The notes below the pieces were generated by a model. It saw only the letters and a program-made list of their open reading frames with translations, was not told where the DNA came from and searched no databases. A stretch of 64,000 bases of DNA from Eledone cirrhosa (lineage: Eukaryota). The position numbers and the translations under genes are program-made. Shown here piece by piece: positions 41,716 to 56,352 of this stretch. The stretch spans positions 155,000,001 to 155,064,000 of the forward strand of contig OZ024743.1 of the NCBI GenBank assembly GCA_964016885.1, read 5' to 3'. Position 1 is the stretch's first letter. Each line of letters begins with the position of its first letter.

Positions 41716-42806
41716 CCTACTTATATGTAACTCTTTTCTCTTCCTCAGCCTTTTCTTCTTCCCTTTGCCTCCCCCTATCTCTTCTTTCCACCACCGAACT
41801 TCTTCCTTGTTCCGTTTCTTTGTTGTTTCCCCCTTTCGCTTACCCCGAGGAGGCCCATCGGGCCTCTTTAACCTCAGTACCGCACCCCAGTAACTTGCAG
41901 ACAGCATTTGTCAATTACGATATACTAACTATTCATACCAACTGTGTTAGACCCCAGAGATGTGGTATTAATTTTGAATAATTCTCATCTAGCAACTCAT
42001 TTTATAGCTTTGGCCGATATAGCAACACCAACTAAATATAGCAGCTGTGTTAGACTCCTTAGCGTTTGTCTTATTTCACTTCTCACTTTCCAACCTTACT
42101 TTCTGATACATCTTTCTCTCATTTTTTTATTATATGTTTTCTTTGTCCCCTAATCGCTTTTGTTTTACTATTTCTATAACGTCCCTCTTCCACTCTCTAA
42201 AGAAACCCTTTTTGCCAACCTCCTCTTGCCTAATTTCCTACACATTCCTTTGAATTTGCCTGTAAATTTCACACTTTCACGCTTGACCGGCTCTACCCAC
42301 TCCATTATCGTTCTACATGCAAGTTCACCCATCTCCACCTGGCACCCACTGCCATGATAGAATTTTCTGTGTCTGCTACAAATTTTGACCAATCTTCTTG
42401 ACAACTACAATCTTCCTATATAAGGAAGTACGCCTTTTAAGTTCGACTATTTATTTACCAGACTAAAAAATCGCTTACTTTAGTGAAGAAATTGCCGTCG
42501 AAACGGCTTAAAATCTGCCGTCCGGGTTATACTTTCTCCTATTACCCACTCTACTACCTTAAGTATTGAGTACTCTGGTGCGTTACTATCCATCTGGTTC
42601 CTTACCACAACCCCTTCGGTATATATATATTCCTTCATTCCTCTACACGTACAATCTTATACACGCCACGAATCTCAACGTACACCCACTTACATCTTTC
42701 TCTCCACCACCGGATATTGTTACCCAGAGATTTACCCATCTGCATTGTCGACTTAAAGAAATTTACCTTATCATTCTACAATGCTTCAAGCAAACTTCAA
42801 TACTCT

Positions 42807-42874
<68 letters not shown>

Positions 42875-43304
42875 GATAAATCTACCAAGAGTTTACGGTA
42901 GTGTCCAATCCGTATGAAGAACTCAATGTATTCCGGATATCACGTTATAGCAAACAATGTCACTCTTCTTTCTTGATTTATATATATATATAATATAATA
43001 TAAGATGGTTAAAAGTGTTCCATTTATTTTATTATACGCATTTCAATACATGTAACTCTTTTAACCGTCTTTTGATCTTATATTATATTATTTATACTCC
43101 AGTCCTACAAACTGTAGAGTGCTACTTATCCGATATCTGCATTGCTTTATTGTACTACAATAAAACTCACCTCCTACGTATATATATATACCACTCCACC
43201 CGCCACCATTTAATTTCATTTGTACCGTTTCCTCTCACCCCCCTTTTTTTAAATGTCTCTCCACCACTCCCGTACGCACCCTTTGAACTCTGTTCCCACA
43301 CACC

Positions 43305-43345
43305 GGTCACCTGAAGAAGGGCTTATGCCCGAAACGTCGTTCCCC
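43305..43345 (+). ncRNA. Minimal PLE-type hammerhead motif
   Basis: AC-CTGAAGA-AGGGC-TTAT-GCCC-GAAAC-GTC-GT. A mutated copy (CTGTTGA) lies on the minus strand at 49815-49852. Confidence 0.65.
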
Positions 43346-43488
43346 ATCACCACCCCACTCTCAAGAGCGTGAAACTAATAAACCTTTGTTCGTACTGCCT
43401 CTCTGTTTTGTTCCCGTTCAATTTTTTACTATATATATATATATACTTATATACACATACATAGACACATACACACACACACACACAC

Positions 43489-43524
<36 letters not shown>

Positions 43525-45306
43525 ACGTACACACACACATATATATATATATATGCATATATGTGTGTGTGCACTATGTATTCACTTGAATGTCATTATA
43601 ACTTTGAATATAGGACGAATGCATTATAATGCTAAATCCTTAAATGTTCTTTTACGAACAAAACAATAGTGACAGAAAATATATTGTAAATTACCATCCA
43701 CCCCGACCAACGGATATTCGATGCAAGACACATGTACACAAATGCTGTTTCTTTTCTTTCTCACGATGCTGTGACTACGAAGTTTCCTAAAAACCCCAAT
43801 CAAGGGGTCCACTCTCTACTAACTAATATCGTTCATATTCCAGTCATATTTTATATAACAGTATTCCAATCATCAATCAATCTTATTCTACCTCTGTCCA
43901 ATTATATATGACATCAGTTAAGCTAAGTACCTTCTCCATAAAAAATCTATACCCAATGTGAACTCTTCGGTGAGAGGCTCCCGAATATTCACAATAATCC
44001 AAGTCTTCCTCCTATCTGAGGTTTATCATTATCAGCTCCACATACATAACTATTGTACCCGTCACCTTATCTTTGTCTTTGGACTAATACAATACTATGG
44101 ATAACCTTCGATTAGACAATATCGAAACACTAGATATATTATAATGTGTCATTACGTGTTCCACTTTAACGAAAAACATGTTTAAATTTGAATATAATCT
44201 ATATACCCTAGTATACAGAAACACACGCAAAAGAGACGAGCCAGCAATTCCTACTTAACTGTCAAAAATGATTTGCACCTGTAATTCAAAAAGCCTGTCC
44301 TCTTACCAATCGTGTCACACTGAATCTCCATGAGGACTATGTTATTCATGCACGTATCTGAGCAATGAGCACTCGTCTACACGTTAAATTTACGCGCACT
44401 CAGTTCAGTTGATTGATTAAACTTGAACAGTTGGAAACAATAAATTACCAAAAAGAAATACTACCTCTAGTTGACTTTTATAGCAATGTACTCATTTGTG
44501 TTTACTTTTCCCCTAGGAACTATATGAGGCTTATATATCGTAACTCTTGCTTTGCTCACTACACATGTTATCACCGCAACAGTTTCTCGTTTGTAGCTCA
44601 ATGGTAGTCATTTAGAGCTCATTCGCCGATGGTTACACATGTTCTGCGGCTCTTTCAAATTGCTTCAGCGTATGTTGCGCATCTAACATTATATATCCTA
44701 TTAGATATATTGTCTATAACCCAATCAGATAAGTTGCCTTTCCGTTATGTTTAAAGGAAAAAAATAGTTAATACTATGTGATTGGAAATGTGATTTGATC
44801 ACAACTGTGACATACGCTAGACCTTACTTACCTATTAGGAATTAGGTAATAACATAAGATGTAGTGCTGTTTTGTAAATGACTTTCATGTGTTTAATGAA
44901 TTTCTATCGTAATCGCCAAACAAACCGTCTGTAATGTTTAGAACTCTATTGTGCTTCCTTGAGTTTGTAGATGGAAGTAATATCAAAGAAAACAAAACTG
45001 ATTCTATATATTAATCAAGATTGGTGTGATGTTTTAATTTGCATCAGAATAAAACTGAATATTTAAGTATTGATTAGATGATAATTCTGGCGTTTAATAA
45101 AAAAGAAAATTATTTGTTAATTATACGTATGTCAGTTGAAACCATGAATATATTTATTATATAGTTCAATGGAATATAATTTTGATTTTATGATACCTGA
45201 TTTAAATCATTTTGCAAATATAGTATTGTGATCACTTCAGAGTCAATTTAGCTTTCAATAAAATATCATATGAAAGCCAATTAATAAAAATATTAGAACG
45301 TTTTAC

Positions 45307-45403
45307 CTGGAATGTTAACCATGAATTTCCTGTCAAGGCAATTTGCAATTCAAAGTTTCCGCATATATTAATATTAGAATTATAAACATATATTGTCCAC
45401 AGA
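45307..45403 (-). CDS. Candidate 97-nt internal exon
   Basis: Acceptor ttttattcag and donor CAG|gtaaaa. Only one frame is open (LWTIYVYNSNINICGNFELQIALTGNSWLTFQ), ending in phase 0, compatible with the 40788 candidate. Confidence 0.3.
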
Positions 45404-45975
45404 CTGAATAAAATTACTTTCACATAGAATATATACTTCCCTTTAATTTGTGTTTATAGATCACCAGCATAAAGAAACTGTGAAACATGTTATTGTCGCA
45501 TGTTATCTTATCAATATTATGTCATATTTCGTTTGTGTAATCCTTGTTACAATTCTCCAGAAACTCCACAAGTTATACATTCTTCCCTATCAAAAATAGT
45601 TAATGGTAAGAATATATAGAACACAATGGAATGAAAATATAGAAAATTCTGAACGATCTCAAAACATCAAAATGTAAATGAAAATACTTATCGTCAATAA
45701 TGACGAATATTATTTTCTTAGATTTTGATATCATGTTCTTGATGTTAACTTCGGTGCATTTACAATTTGAAATTAATTTTTTTATTGAGCATGAGAGTGT
45801 CTTTGACTTGATCAGATTCATATCTCGTGTATATTCATTGTCACTATATAATAATCATCAATATCAGCTGATGTTGCCTGTCTGTCAAAATCTGTACATT
45901 CTGCATATTCTGACATTCGCCTTGATAAATCACTCCAAGCAACTGAACTCATGACATTTATATCAATATAATAAT

Positions 45976-46149
45976 TGTTTCTACTTTAGGCACAAGGCCA
46001 GCAATTACTCAGTACATTACTGGTACTTTATTTTATCGATCCCGTAAGGATGAAAAGCAAAATTAACCTCGGCGGGATTTGAACTCAGACTGTAAAGGAA
46101 CGTAACTATGTTAGAAAGCATGGCGTTCAACCCTCTACCCATACTGCCC
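45976..46149 (-). mobile_element. tRNA-derived SINE, full length
   Basis: Reverse complement of the 3263 family. TSD tatatcaatataataat at 45959-45975 and 46150-46166. Confidence 0.88.
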
Positions 46150-47059
46150 TATATCAATATAATAATATATAATAATAGCCACTAATTTTCTATCTCATCA
46201 TCAGAGCTGAATAAAAACAACAATAAAACAATGCAGTTTTATTCATGATGAAATTGAAGATTTTACGATTATTTCATTCTATTCGATGAGTTGCAAAATA
46301 TTCCAGTTTATTTTTGTTCTTACTTCCATACTTTAATGAAAGTTTTATATTCGACATTGAAAAGGAAATATATTTATTTGTTTTCAGTTTTGCATAATAT
46401 CACATTTCTTTTGTATTCTTGCCACTTTCCATTGTCACAGAAGTGATTTATAGATTTATCTTAGAACAATTCTCACTTCTTGTATACTGGGATAGCAAGC
46501 TTAGAAATATGTGATATTTCTCATGCATCGGAAAAGTATAGTTTACACGTATCTTGTTAAACCAGGAATATATGAGTCATAATCAATCAATCATTATTGA
46601 ATCAGTGAAACATGAAATATGCTTTAGAAAATGAAGAACTTGTATACACATTTAACATTATGAAAATGAATGTTGCGAAACCTAAAACATCTACACTTTC
46701 TTCTGCATTTTAGGATCTAGACTACACACACAGATATATAACTTATGTTCATAACAACATATAAACCAATTATATAACCATGTTACGTTAAATGTTACAG
46801 AATATTCTTCTAAATCTTCCTATATTCGGGGATGAAATAGCTTTGCAAGGTTTTTGACATGAAATCATGTGTTCAAACATTTGGGAGGAACATATGGTTA
46901 TAATATTGGCAGAAATATAAAATAAAACACACTCACTGTTTCGTTTGGGTTAGTTTTCACTTAAGGATATTTTATATTTCTATAACTAATTTAGCTGGCG
47001 ATCAATGTTTATTATTCATTGACCAACAGTTAAACATATAGACATTTACGTAGACTACC

Positions 47060-48990
47060 AGTGTTCTCTCCCCTATGCCACGGGCTGTCTCACTTATGTA
47101 TGTCGTTTTCATGTTCCGACTGGCAATCTCTCTACATTTGATACTATAGACTCTATGTCGTTTTATAATTTATTTGTGGAATTGTTCTACATATTACACA
47201 TTCACATGGGTTTTCTTAAAGGGGTAAGTAAATTTTCTGATGAGGGATGCTATGGTAATTTCTGGTTTTTCTACCACTTTAATATGTAAATGTGTCTTCC
47301 TTAGGGCATTTCTAAATTGGTTAGCTAGGTAAGCTGCAGGGGGTTCATCCACGGGCATTTATCTCTGGTTTTCGTATAATGAAGTGTGTTTCCCCATCTG
47401 TTGTTTAGTTTTATTTATGCTGTTTCATGATTAGCTCCTGTACAGTGAGCAAATCCTTTTCATGTCAATCTCTATAAGACTCATATATTTCTCCGTGGAT
47501 CCTTTGTACACCCGGATTCTGTCTCTTTGATTCTAGCCTGAAATCTACATGCGATTATCACTATTGGGCATCCTTGTGTATGTGTGCATTAGGTATTTGG
47601 AGGCCATGGGTTTAGCATAATGTGAGTGGAGGATTTGGGTTTTCTCGTTTAGAGTAGATATCCATTTTTTCAGTGTCTAATACTGGTAGTCTATTGTCAG
47701 AATGTTTGGAAGGGTAGTCGATAGTTACTGTGATGCTCTGGGGAATGGAATCAAATATCTGCTGGATGCTCTCCATGGTGTTTGTTTCTAATTTGGGTTT
47801 ATTGTTACACTATTGTGGGAGGGATTTTAATTCTATATTAATGTCATCTAAGTAACTAGAGTACATGCCGGGGACTATTGAGTTCTCTGCTGGGCATTCT
47901 CTGAGTCTTCTTTCCGACCACACTATAAATAGTTTGGCAATATAACGAGCGATGATGTCGCCATTGGCTGCTCCTTTATCTCATGTCTACATTTTCAGGG
48001 TAGTTTTAATACTAGCCCCTATCGAATGTGCCATGCTTTTTCTCACCTGATCGTTGTTAACAAGTATCTGTATGGCTTTAGTCCACCCATTCGATCCTCC
48101 TATGGGAGTCTTTTTAATCATCGAAGTTATGGGGGGGAGGGTCTAATTCTTATTGGTCTACTGGGGCAGAAATTACTAAAGTCATAATTATTTAGATATT
48201 CACTGTCCCATGTAAGTCTATGTAGGAGGCCCAATTCATCCGCGTACCGTCACAGAACTCTACCTCACTCTCATTGATTCTTTCTACAAATTTCCCCACA
48301 GCAAAGCCAACGTTAATGGATTGTTACAGTGACACTACATCCATGCTGCCTATTATGCGATTTGCCAAGTAGTCTTAGGTTAAGTTGTAGTCATCGATCT
48401 TGCGCAGAAGCTCGTCTGTGCTCTCACTGACATCTAGGGACATCTTAATTATGTGGAGCACAAACATAGAGAGGAAGTAGGAGGTTCTGTAGTTTCTATC
48501 TCTATTGGCTCCCATAGATGTTTTCCTGGTGGTCGTGTCGTAGGCTCGCTAGCTGTTTTTAGGTATTTGAAGAGCCAATACAGGTGTGGTATATCGTTGT
48601 TAGAGGCTTGGATGTTATTAGATGTGCGTCTACGTCGTCTTAACATGTCTGTCCACATCATCCTGTGAGCATAGAGAATCCTTTCTCTTTCCTCATGTGT
48701 CTGTGATGGTATTTCGCTTGTGTTGATGATGTGCGATTTCATAGCCTTGATGTGGTTTGGCATGCTGTCGATTGACATCCTGCCGGATTTGTCTGCAGTT
48801 AGACACACTACCTCACCATCCCTTGTGCGCCTGATGTGGTTAAGTAGGACCTCTGCAGGTTTTCTGTCACGTTGTTGGACCTTTTGTTTGTTCTCTCAGC
48901 TAGTATATTGTTCTATTACCTGTCTAAATTTATGTCTAGCTATGGTTAAACGTGCCTCTGTTTGGTCGTTTATTTTTGTTATATACATAC
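47060..48990 (-). mobile_element. Degenerate Penelope-like element (RT domain)
   Basis: RIIGSMDVVSL*QSIN (motif A), DKGAANGDIIARYIAKLFIVW (motif B), MYSSYLDDINI (motif C) and QILHSHYAKPMASKYL (thumb). The 3' end matches 3570-3700. Confidence 0.85.
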
Positions 48991-49698
48991 TATTTCATTA
49001 AAAAGTACGTTAGTAGGGTAGATATTGTTCATATTGTATATTTTCGCAGAAGTGGTGAAGAACAGGTTCTCTGAGATTTTGTCATTACATCTACCGTTAT
49101 AGTTGTATGTATTATTATTGTGATAGTTGTTATTATATGTGTGGTTGTTTTCCTGGCTGCTACCATTGTTGTTACTGCTATTTCTATGATCAGTATTGTG
49201 ATTGTTATACATATTGTTTTTAAGTCTGTTGTCGTTTTTATAGTTGTTGTTATTCTCTCTAATGTTATCGTTGTTCTTACTTCTATAGTTGTTGTTGTTG
49301 GTTTCTCTACTGCTACCGTTGTTGTTAATGATATTTCTAATATTATTTCTAGCTCTACTGCTATCAGTGTTGTTGGTGGTAGATTGGCAGTGTCAGTAGA
49401 GGGTCTGACGCCATGCAATCTATCAGCCAACTAATAAAGAACGAAGGACAAACACGGATCGATATATGAACTCTCCTCTCTAAATATATATGTAAAAACA
49501 AATCATTTTCCTTCCCTCATTTATTATTCGTATAATATGCCACATAACTACATTATGCATATCTGCAGTTGAAAAAGCATATAATGCTGAAACCAGTATT
49601 ATTAAATGCGAAAATATCCACTTTATAAATAAATGTTTTGATATTATACTGAAAGAATTTCTACAGCATTTTCTACTTGAAAAAATCGTTTTTCTCTT

Positions 49699-49729
<31 letters not shown>

Positions 49730-50469
49730 ATGGAAACATTTGAACAGGAACAAAACAGAGAGGCAGTACAACGAATGTTTATTAATTTCACGCTCTGGAG
49801 AGTGGAGTGGGGTGGGGAACGACGTTTCGGGCATAAGCCCTTCAACAGGTGAGAAATGTGTGGGAACAGAGTTCAAAGGGTGTGTAGGGGAGTGGTGGAG
49901 AGACATATAGCGAAAGGAAACGGTGCGAATGAAATTAAAAATAAAAATAAAAATAAACCATGATCTAAATAAAAGGAATGAAATAAAAATAAATATAAAA
50001 GCATGATCAAAATAAACTGAAATTAAAAAGGGGTAAAACAGGTGGTGGAAGGGTGTTGGGTGTGTAGGGGTGGTGGCGGGTGGAGTGGGGAGAGGGAGAC
50101 GGGGTGTCCGAGCGGGGAGGGCTGAAGGTGGTGTGTGTGTGTATGTTTGCGTGTGTGTGTGTGTGTGTGTATGTGAAAGTAAGGGTTGGGGGAAGAGCGT
50201 GGTTGCATGTTCAGGAAGAGGTGTGTGTGTAGGGGAGGGTCGGAGTATATCTGCGTGTGTGGATAGAGGGGTGGGTGAGAGGAATCAGGAGGCTGAGGGT
50301 GTAAATATGTGGTGGAAAGCACGTGTGTGTGGGGTTTAAGCGTGTTGTGGGTGTATGTGGTGTGTGGGAGAAAAAAAATGTTTGTGTGTGTGTGTGGGTG
50401 AGTTATATAGGTGATTCTGTAAGAGGATGGTTGAAATGTTGGTAAATTCCTATGATATATATATATGTA

Positions 50470-51372
<903 letters not shown>

Positions 51373-51407
51373 CATATATATGTATATATATGTATATATA
51401 TATATAC

Positions 51408-51520
<113 letters not shown>

Positions 51521-51715
51521 AAATATATATCAATTCGTGTGATACTATTCTACATTACATATATATATATATAATAAATGTAATCTGAGTTTTTCGAATA
51601 TTAATAGTAATATTTGATTCGTTTGAGTTATGCAAACAGCCTCTCTTTTAAAGCCATGTTGGTAGAATGAGCCCCTCATTCTTATTCTAAAGTTGGGATT
51701 TAAAAAAACTGCAGA

Positions 51716-51752
51716 TACTAATATTTCGGGGTATTACCCTTCATCAGTGGAG
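51716..51752 (-). ncRNA. Hammerhead core with poor helix I
   Basis: CTGATGA-AGGGT-AAT-ACCCC-GAAAT-ATT. Confidence 0.5.
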
Positions 51753-52011
51753 TTGAATGTTCACCGGCCAACTGTCAGAGCTAGGTTAAATATATATGTT
51801 CTAAAATATAGAGTGACTGATCGGACCGATTTGCATATTAGCTCAATGGCTGATCAGTCAAGTCAGCATATCAGCAGAACCACTGATCTGCCATATTTGT
51901 ATATTAGCAGACAAGCTAGACAATTTGGTGTATAAGAGCGAGTAAAATGGCCGGCTTTGTCATATTCAAATAATATATATATAAATAAATATATATATGT
52001 ATATATATATA

Positions 52012-52492
52012 TAAAATACGTAGTTAAGAAAGCGACAACAATGCAGAGGGAAATCTCGAGGTAGGAAGTGAAAGATAGATAGGAAAAAACAGGTGAAAGT
52101 GAAAATTGAGAGAGACAAAGATGAAAACAAAACAAAGGTAGAAGGTTACCGTAGTGGAGATTTAATCCCAATATTTCGGGCTCACGCCCATCAACGGGGG
52201 AAAGTTCCAAAAGGGGGGGGGGGGGGACAGGCCAAGCGGAGAAAGTTGTGATGTCGTTAAGACAGGAATGCCGTTATGGGCGTGAGCCCGAAATATTGGG
52301 ATTAAATCTCCACTACGGCAACCCTTCTACCTTTGTTTTGTTTTCATCTTTGTCTCTCTCAATTTTGACTTTCACCTGTTTTTCCTATCTATCTTTCACT
52401 TCCTACCTCGGGATTTCCCTCTGCATTGTTGTGGCTTTCTTAACTACGTATTTTACACATTTCACAATGCTTCAAGCAAACATTAACACCCT
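52012..52492. mobile_element. Fold-back element in (TA)n with a decayed HHR
   Basis: Arms 52012-52197 and 52271-52455. The minus arm reads TCCC-CCGTTGA-T-GGGC-GTGA-GCCC-GAAAT-ATT-GGGA. Confidence 0.8.
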
Positions 52493-52501
52493 CATATATA
52501 T

Positions 52502-52563
<62 letters not shown>

Positions 52564-52566
52564 GTG

Positions 52567-52654
<88 letters not shown>

Positions 52655-52987
52655 GATATATATGTTTATATATGTATCTCTGTGTCTATCTCTCTCTCTC
52701 TCTATGTATATATATATATATATATATATGTGTGTAGAAGTTATATTTAATTTGTGGGCATTTATTTAATATCATGAAATATTTATTCCAGTAAACTGCT
52801 GAGTGCTCTAAATCAGTTATAAACATTTATGTTTTCGGACTCCCAAAAAATTAAATACAACTTCTACATATATATATAAATCTATGTATGAAAATATATA
52901 TATATATATATATATATAAAGGACGTAAAATAAGAAAATATTTTTTTTTTAAAATTTTAAAAAAATTTTTTTCTTACTTAAATTTTC

Positions 52988-53069
52988 ACTCCAACTAATT
53001 AGTTTCTGCAATGGGATAAAGACAGTTACGTAATCCAACTGTCGAGAATTCATTGCGTCATCAGGGAGT
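52988..53069 (-). ncRNA. Type I hammerhead ribozyme motif
   Basis: Reverse complement of the 54239 motif. Confidence 0.85.
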
Positions 53070-53544
53070 CTATTCTCAGTTAAGTCTCCAGGCAATGCGC
53101 GGACACTGGCGGCTCATATAAAAATAATAATAATTCGGTAGATCGAACAGCTTGCGAGGACTGGATTCTATGTACCGAAATTCTCACTGCTTCAAGTCAA
53201 ATGGCCGATTCTAAAGAATCAATCACGTGACACAGAGGCTAGTTAGAAGGAATGGGATGGTAAGATGACTGACGCCTACTAACACCCCAAAAAAAATTTT
53301 TTTAGAAGTGGTTTTGACAAGTTTGCTCGACAAATCAGTGATTTGGAGATAAATATAGATAATTTAATATATCAACTAACATAAGCGCACAGATGCACGC
53401 CCATGCCAGCAAATACACAGGTTATGTCATAGTACCTAGGTGGTTCAATGCAGGAGAATGCAGAACAATAATATAAAGGACGTAAAATAAGAAAATATTT
53501 TTTTAAAAAAATTTAAAAAAAATTTTTTTCTTACTTAAATTTTC

Positions 53545-53626
53545 ACTCCAACTAATTAGTTTCTGCAATGGGATAAAGACAGTTACGTAATCCAACTGTC
53601 GAGAATTCATTGCGTCATCAGGGAGT
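53545..53626 (-). ncRNA. Type I hammerhead ribozyme motif
   Basis: Tandem copy, 557 bp from 52988. Confidence 0.85.
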
Positions 53627-54238
53627 CTATTCTCAGTTAAGTCTCCAGGCAATGCGCGGACACTGGCGGCTCATATAAAAATAATAATAATTCGGTAGAT
53701 CGAACAGCTTGCGAGGACTGGATTCTATGTACCGAAATTCTCACTGCTTCAAGTCAAATGGCCGATTCTTTAAGTAAGAAAAAAATTTTTTTTAAATTTT
53801 TTTAAAAAAATATTTTCTTATTTTACGTCCTTTATATTATTGTTCTGCATTCTCCTGCATTGAACCACCTAGGTACTATGACATAACCTGTGTATTTGCT
53901 GGCATGGGCGTGCATCTGTGCGCTTATGTTAGTTGATATATTAAATTATCTATATTTATCTCCAAATCACTGATTTGTCGAGCAAACTTGTCAAAACCAC
54001 TTCTAAAAAAATGTTTTTTGGGGTGTTAGTAGGCGTCAGTCATCTTACCATCCCATTCCTTCTAACTAGCCTCTGTGTCACGTGATTGATTCTTTAGAAT
54101 CGGCCATTTGACTTGAAGCAGTGAGAATTTCGGTACATAGAATCCAGTCCTCGCAAGCTGTTCGATCTACCGAATTATTATTATTTTTATATGAGCCGCC
54201 AGTGTCCGCGCATTGCCTGGAGACTTAACTGAGAATAG

Positions 54239-54320
54239 ACTCCCTGATGACGCAATGAATTCTCGACAGTTGGATTACGTAACTGTCTTTATCCCATTGC
54301 AGAAACTAATTAGTTGGAGT
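54239..54320 (+). ncRNA. Type I hammerhead ribozyme motif
   Basis: ACTCC-CTGATGA-C-GCAATG-aattctc-GACAGTT(ggattacgt)AACTGTC-tttatcc-CATTGC-A-GAAAC-TAATTA-GTT-GGAGT. Confidence 0.88.
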
Positions 54321-54506
54321 GAAAATTTAAGTAAGAAAACAATTTTTTTTAAATTTTTTTAAATAAAATATTTTCTTATTTTACGTCCTTTATATTATTG
54401 TTCTGCATTCTCCTGCATTGAACCACCTAGGTACTATGACATAACCTGTGTATTTGCTGGCATGGGCGTGCATCTGTGCGCTTATGTTAGTTGATATATT
54501 AAATTA

Positions 54507-54590
<84 letters not shown>

Positions 54591-54626
54591 GATACATATA
54601 TATACATATATATACATATATATATG

Positions 54627-54678
<52 letters not shown>

Positions 54679-55211
54679 TATAAATTAGCGAGAATCGAAT
54701 CGAATTTCAGCTCAGGAGGAATTAACGAAAAACACTTCCGAGTTGTGTGGCAAGTGCTCGATAATTCATATGAATTAGAGATACATCATACGTTAAAGGC
54801 CAAACACACTGAGATGGTTGTTAAACTAATCATCCGCACAGCGAAAAAAACGATCAACTAATTCGGGTCAAGCAGATATAAAAATATATAAAAATATATA
54901 TGATTGCAAATTTACCCATACCCCTGGAGAGATGGTAAAATCCATATTTGGGATTTTGCGGCTCCATAAGTCATTTAATGTCCGCTTACATAAAGGATGT
55001 TAGGCTTCTGGCAAGATGACTGAACAAGGGAGTTGCGTTATCAAAGGGATTTTGCTCGATAGTATACATAAGTTTACTGAGCCCACGTGGAGTTCAGCAA
55101 GGGAGCCAACACTTATATTAGGCGAATGAATTCAGTTGTGTATTATATTGGGAACATGCAAAATATCACAAATCGAATAAAGCCGTCGACAAAGCTATTC
55201 AACAGTCAATA

Positions 55212-55257
<46 letters not shown>

Positions 55258-55324
55258 CGTTATTCCGGGTTGAATCGGAGGTAACCACAGTAAGTCTGGT
55301 CCTGTAGAATCTCATCTATATTAA

Positions 55325-55361
<37 letters not shown>

Positions 55362-55454
55362 TATATATGTATCTATGTCTCTCTCTCTCTATCTCTCTAT
55401 CTCTCTTCCTCTCTCTCTCTCTATCTCTATCTCTCTCTCTATCTCTCTCTCTCT

Positions 55455-55539
<85 letters not shown>

Positions 55540-55670
55540 GAAGTGGTATTTATTTTGTTGTGAGTCCGCAAACATAAATGTTTATAACTGATTTAGAATA
55601 CTCACCAGTTTACTGGAGTAAATATTCCATGATATTAAATAAATGGAAACTATATTTATAAAACCATATT

Positions 55671-55735
55671 TATTTTATTATATATATTTCAAGGGCAACC
55701 AAGACACCACTGGTGCGCTTTCGTCAGATAAAATA
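55671..55735 (-). ncRNA. Type I hammerhead ribozyme motif
   Basis: TATTTTAT-CTGACGA-AAGCGCACCA...TGGTTGCCCTT-GAAAT-ATAT-ATA-ATAAAATA. Confidence 0.75.
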
Positions 55736-56352
55736 ATAAGTTTGTTTTATAAATAGAGACGTACCCATGAAAATAATACCTTATTGGTTGGAAATTCACT
55801 GGGTAGTGGAAACATATTAGGGATGATTCAAACGTCTGTGTGAATATGCAAATTAATGTGTAAATAATTGAAAAAACAACCGTTAATTTAAATGACGCTG
55901 GAGAAAGATAGGGAAGAAAGAAAGAGAAAAAAGAGAGAGAGAAAAGATATTAATATTACAAGATAGATAGAGAGAAGTAATTTACAAAAGAATGAATAGA
56001 ACTCATGTAAAGTAAATATGGGGGACTAAATTTTAAGTATATATCTACTAATGGTACGTATATTTACTATTATATAGTTTTTAGAATTCTTTTCTAATAT
56101 AATATTTACTGTTATAAGTAGATGGAAAAATAAATATATATATATAGGGAAAAATAAATATATATAAAAATTAGATAGAAAAATATATGGAAACATAAAT
56201 AGATAGAAAAATAGGTAAATAGAATAATAAATAGATGGAAAAATAGAAAGATAGAAAAATAAGTAGAAAAAATAAATAGAAAAAATAAATAGAAAACATA
56301 AATAGAAAAATAAAATAATACATCATTAAATAGATGAATAGATAAATAGATA

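Larger units (their letters stand above)
52915..54510. mobile_element. Tandem plus inverted array of a 557-bp HHR unit in (TA)n
   Basis: About 1.5 minus-strand copies (52915-53769), an inversion at 53769, then about 1.3 plus-strand copies. Copies are nearly identical to each other and homologous to the 524-bp unit at 23576. Confidence 0.9.

Noticed and set aside
49029-49434. Thr/Asn-rich ORFs
   Set aside because: Degenerate (AAC/AAT)n low-complexity sequence upstream of the PLE RT.
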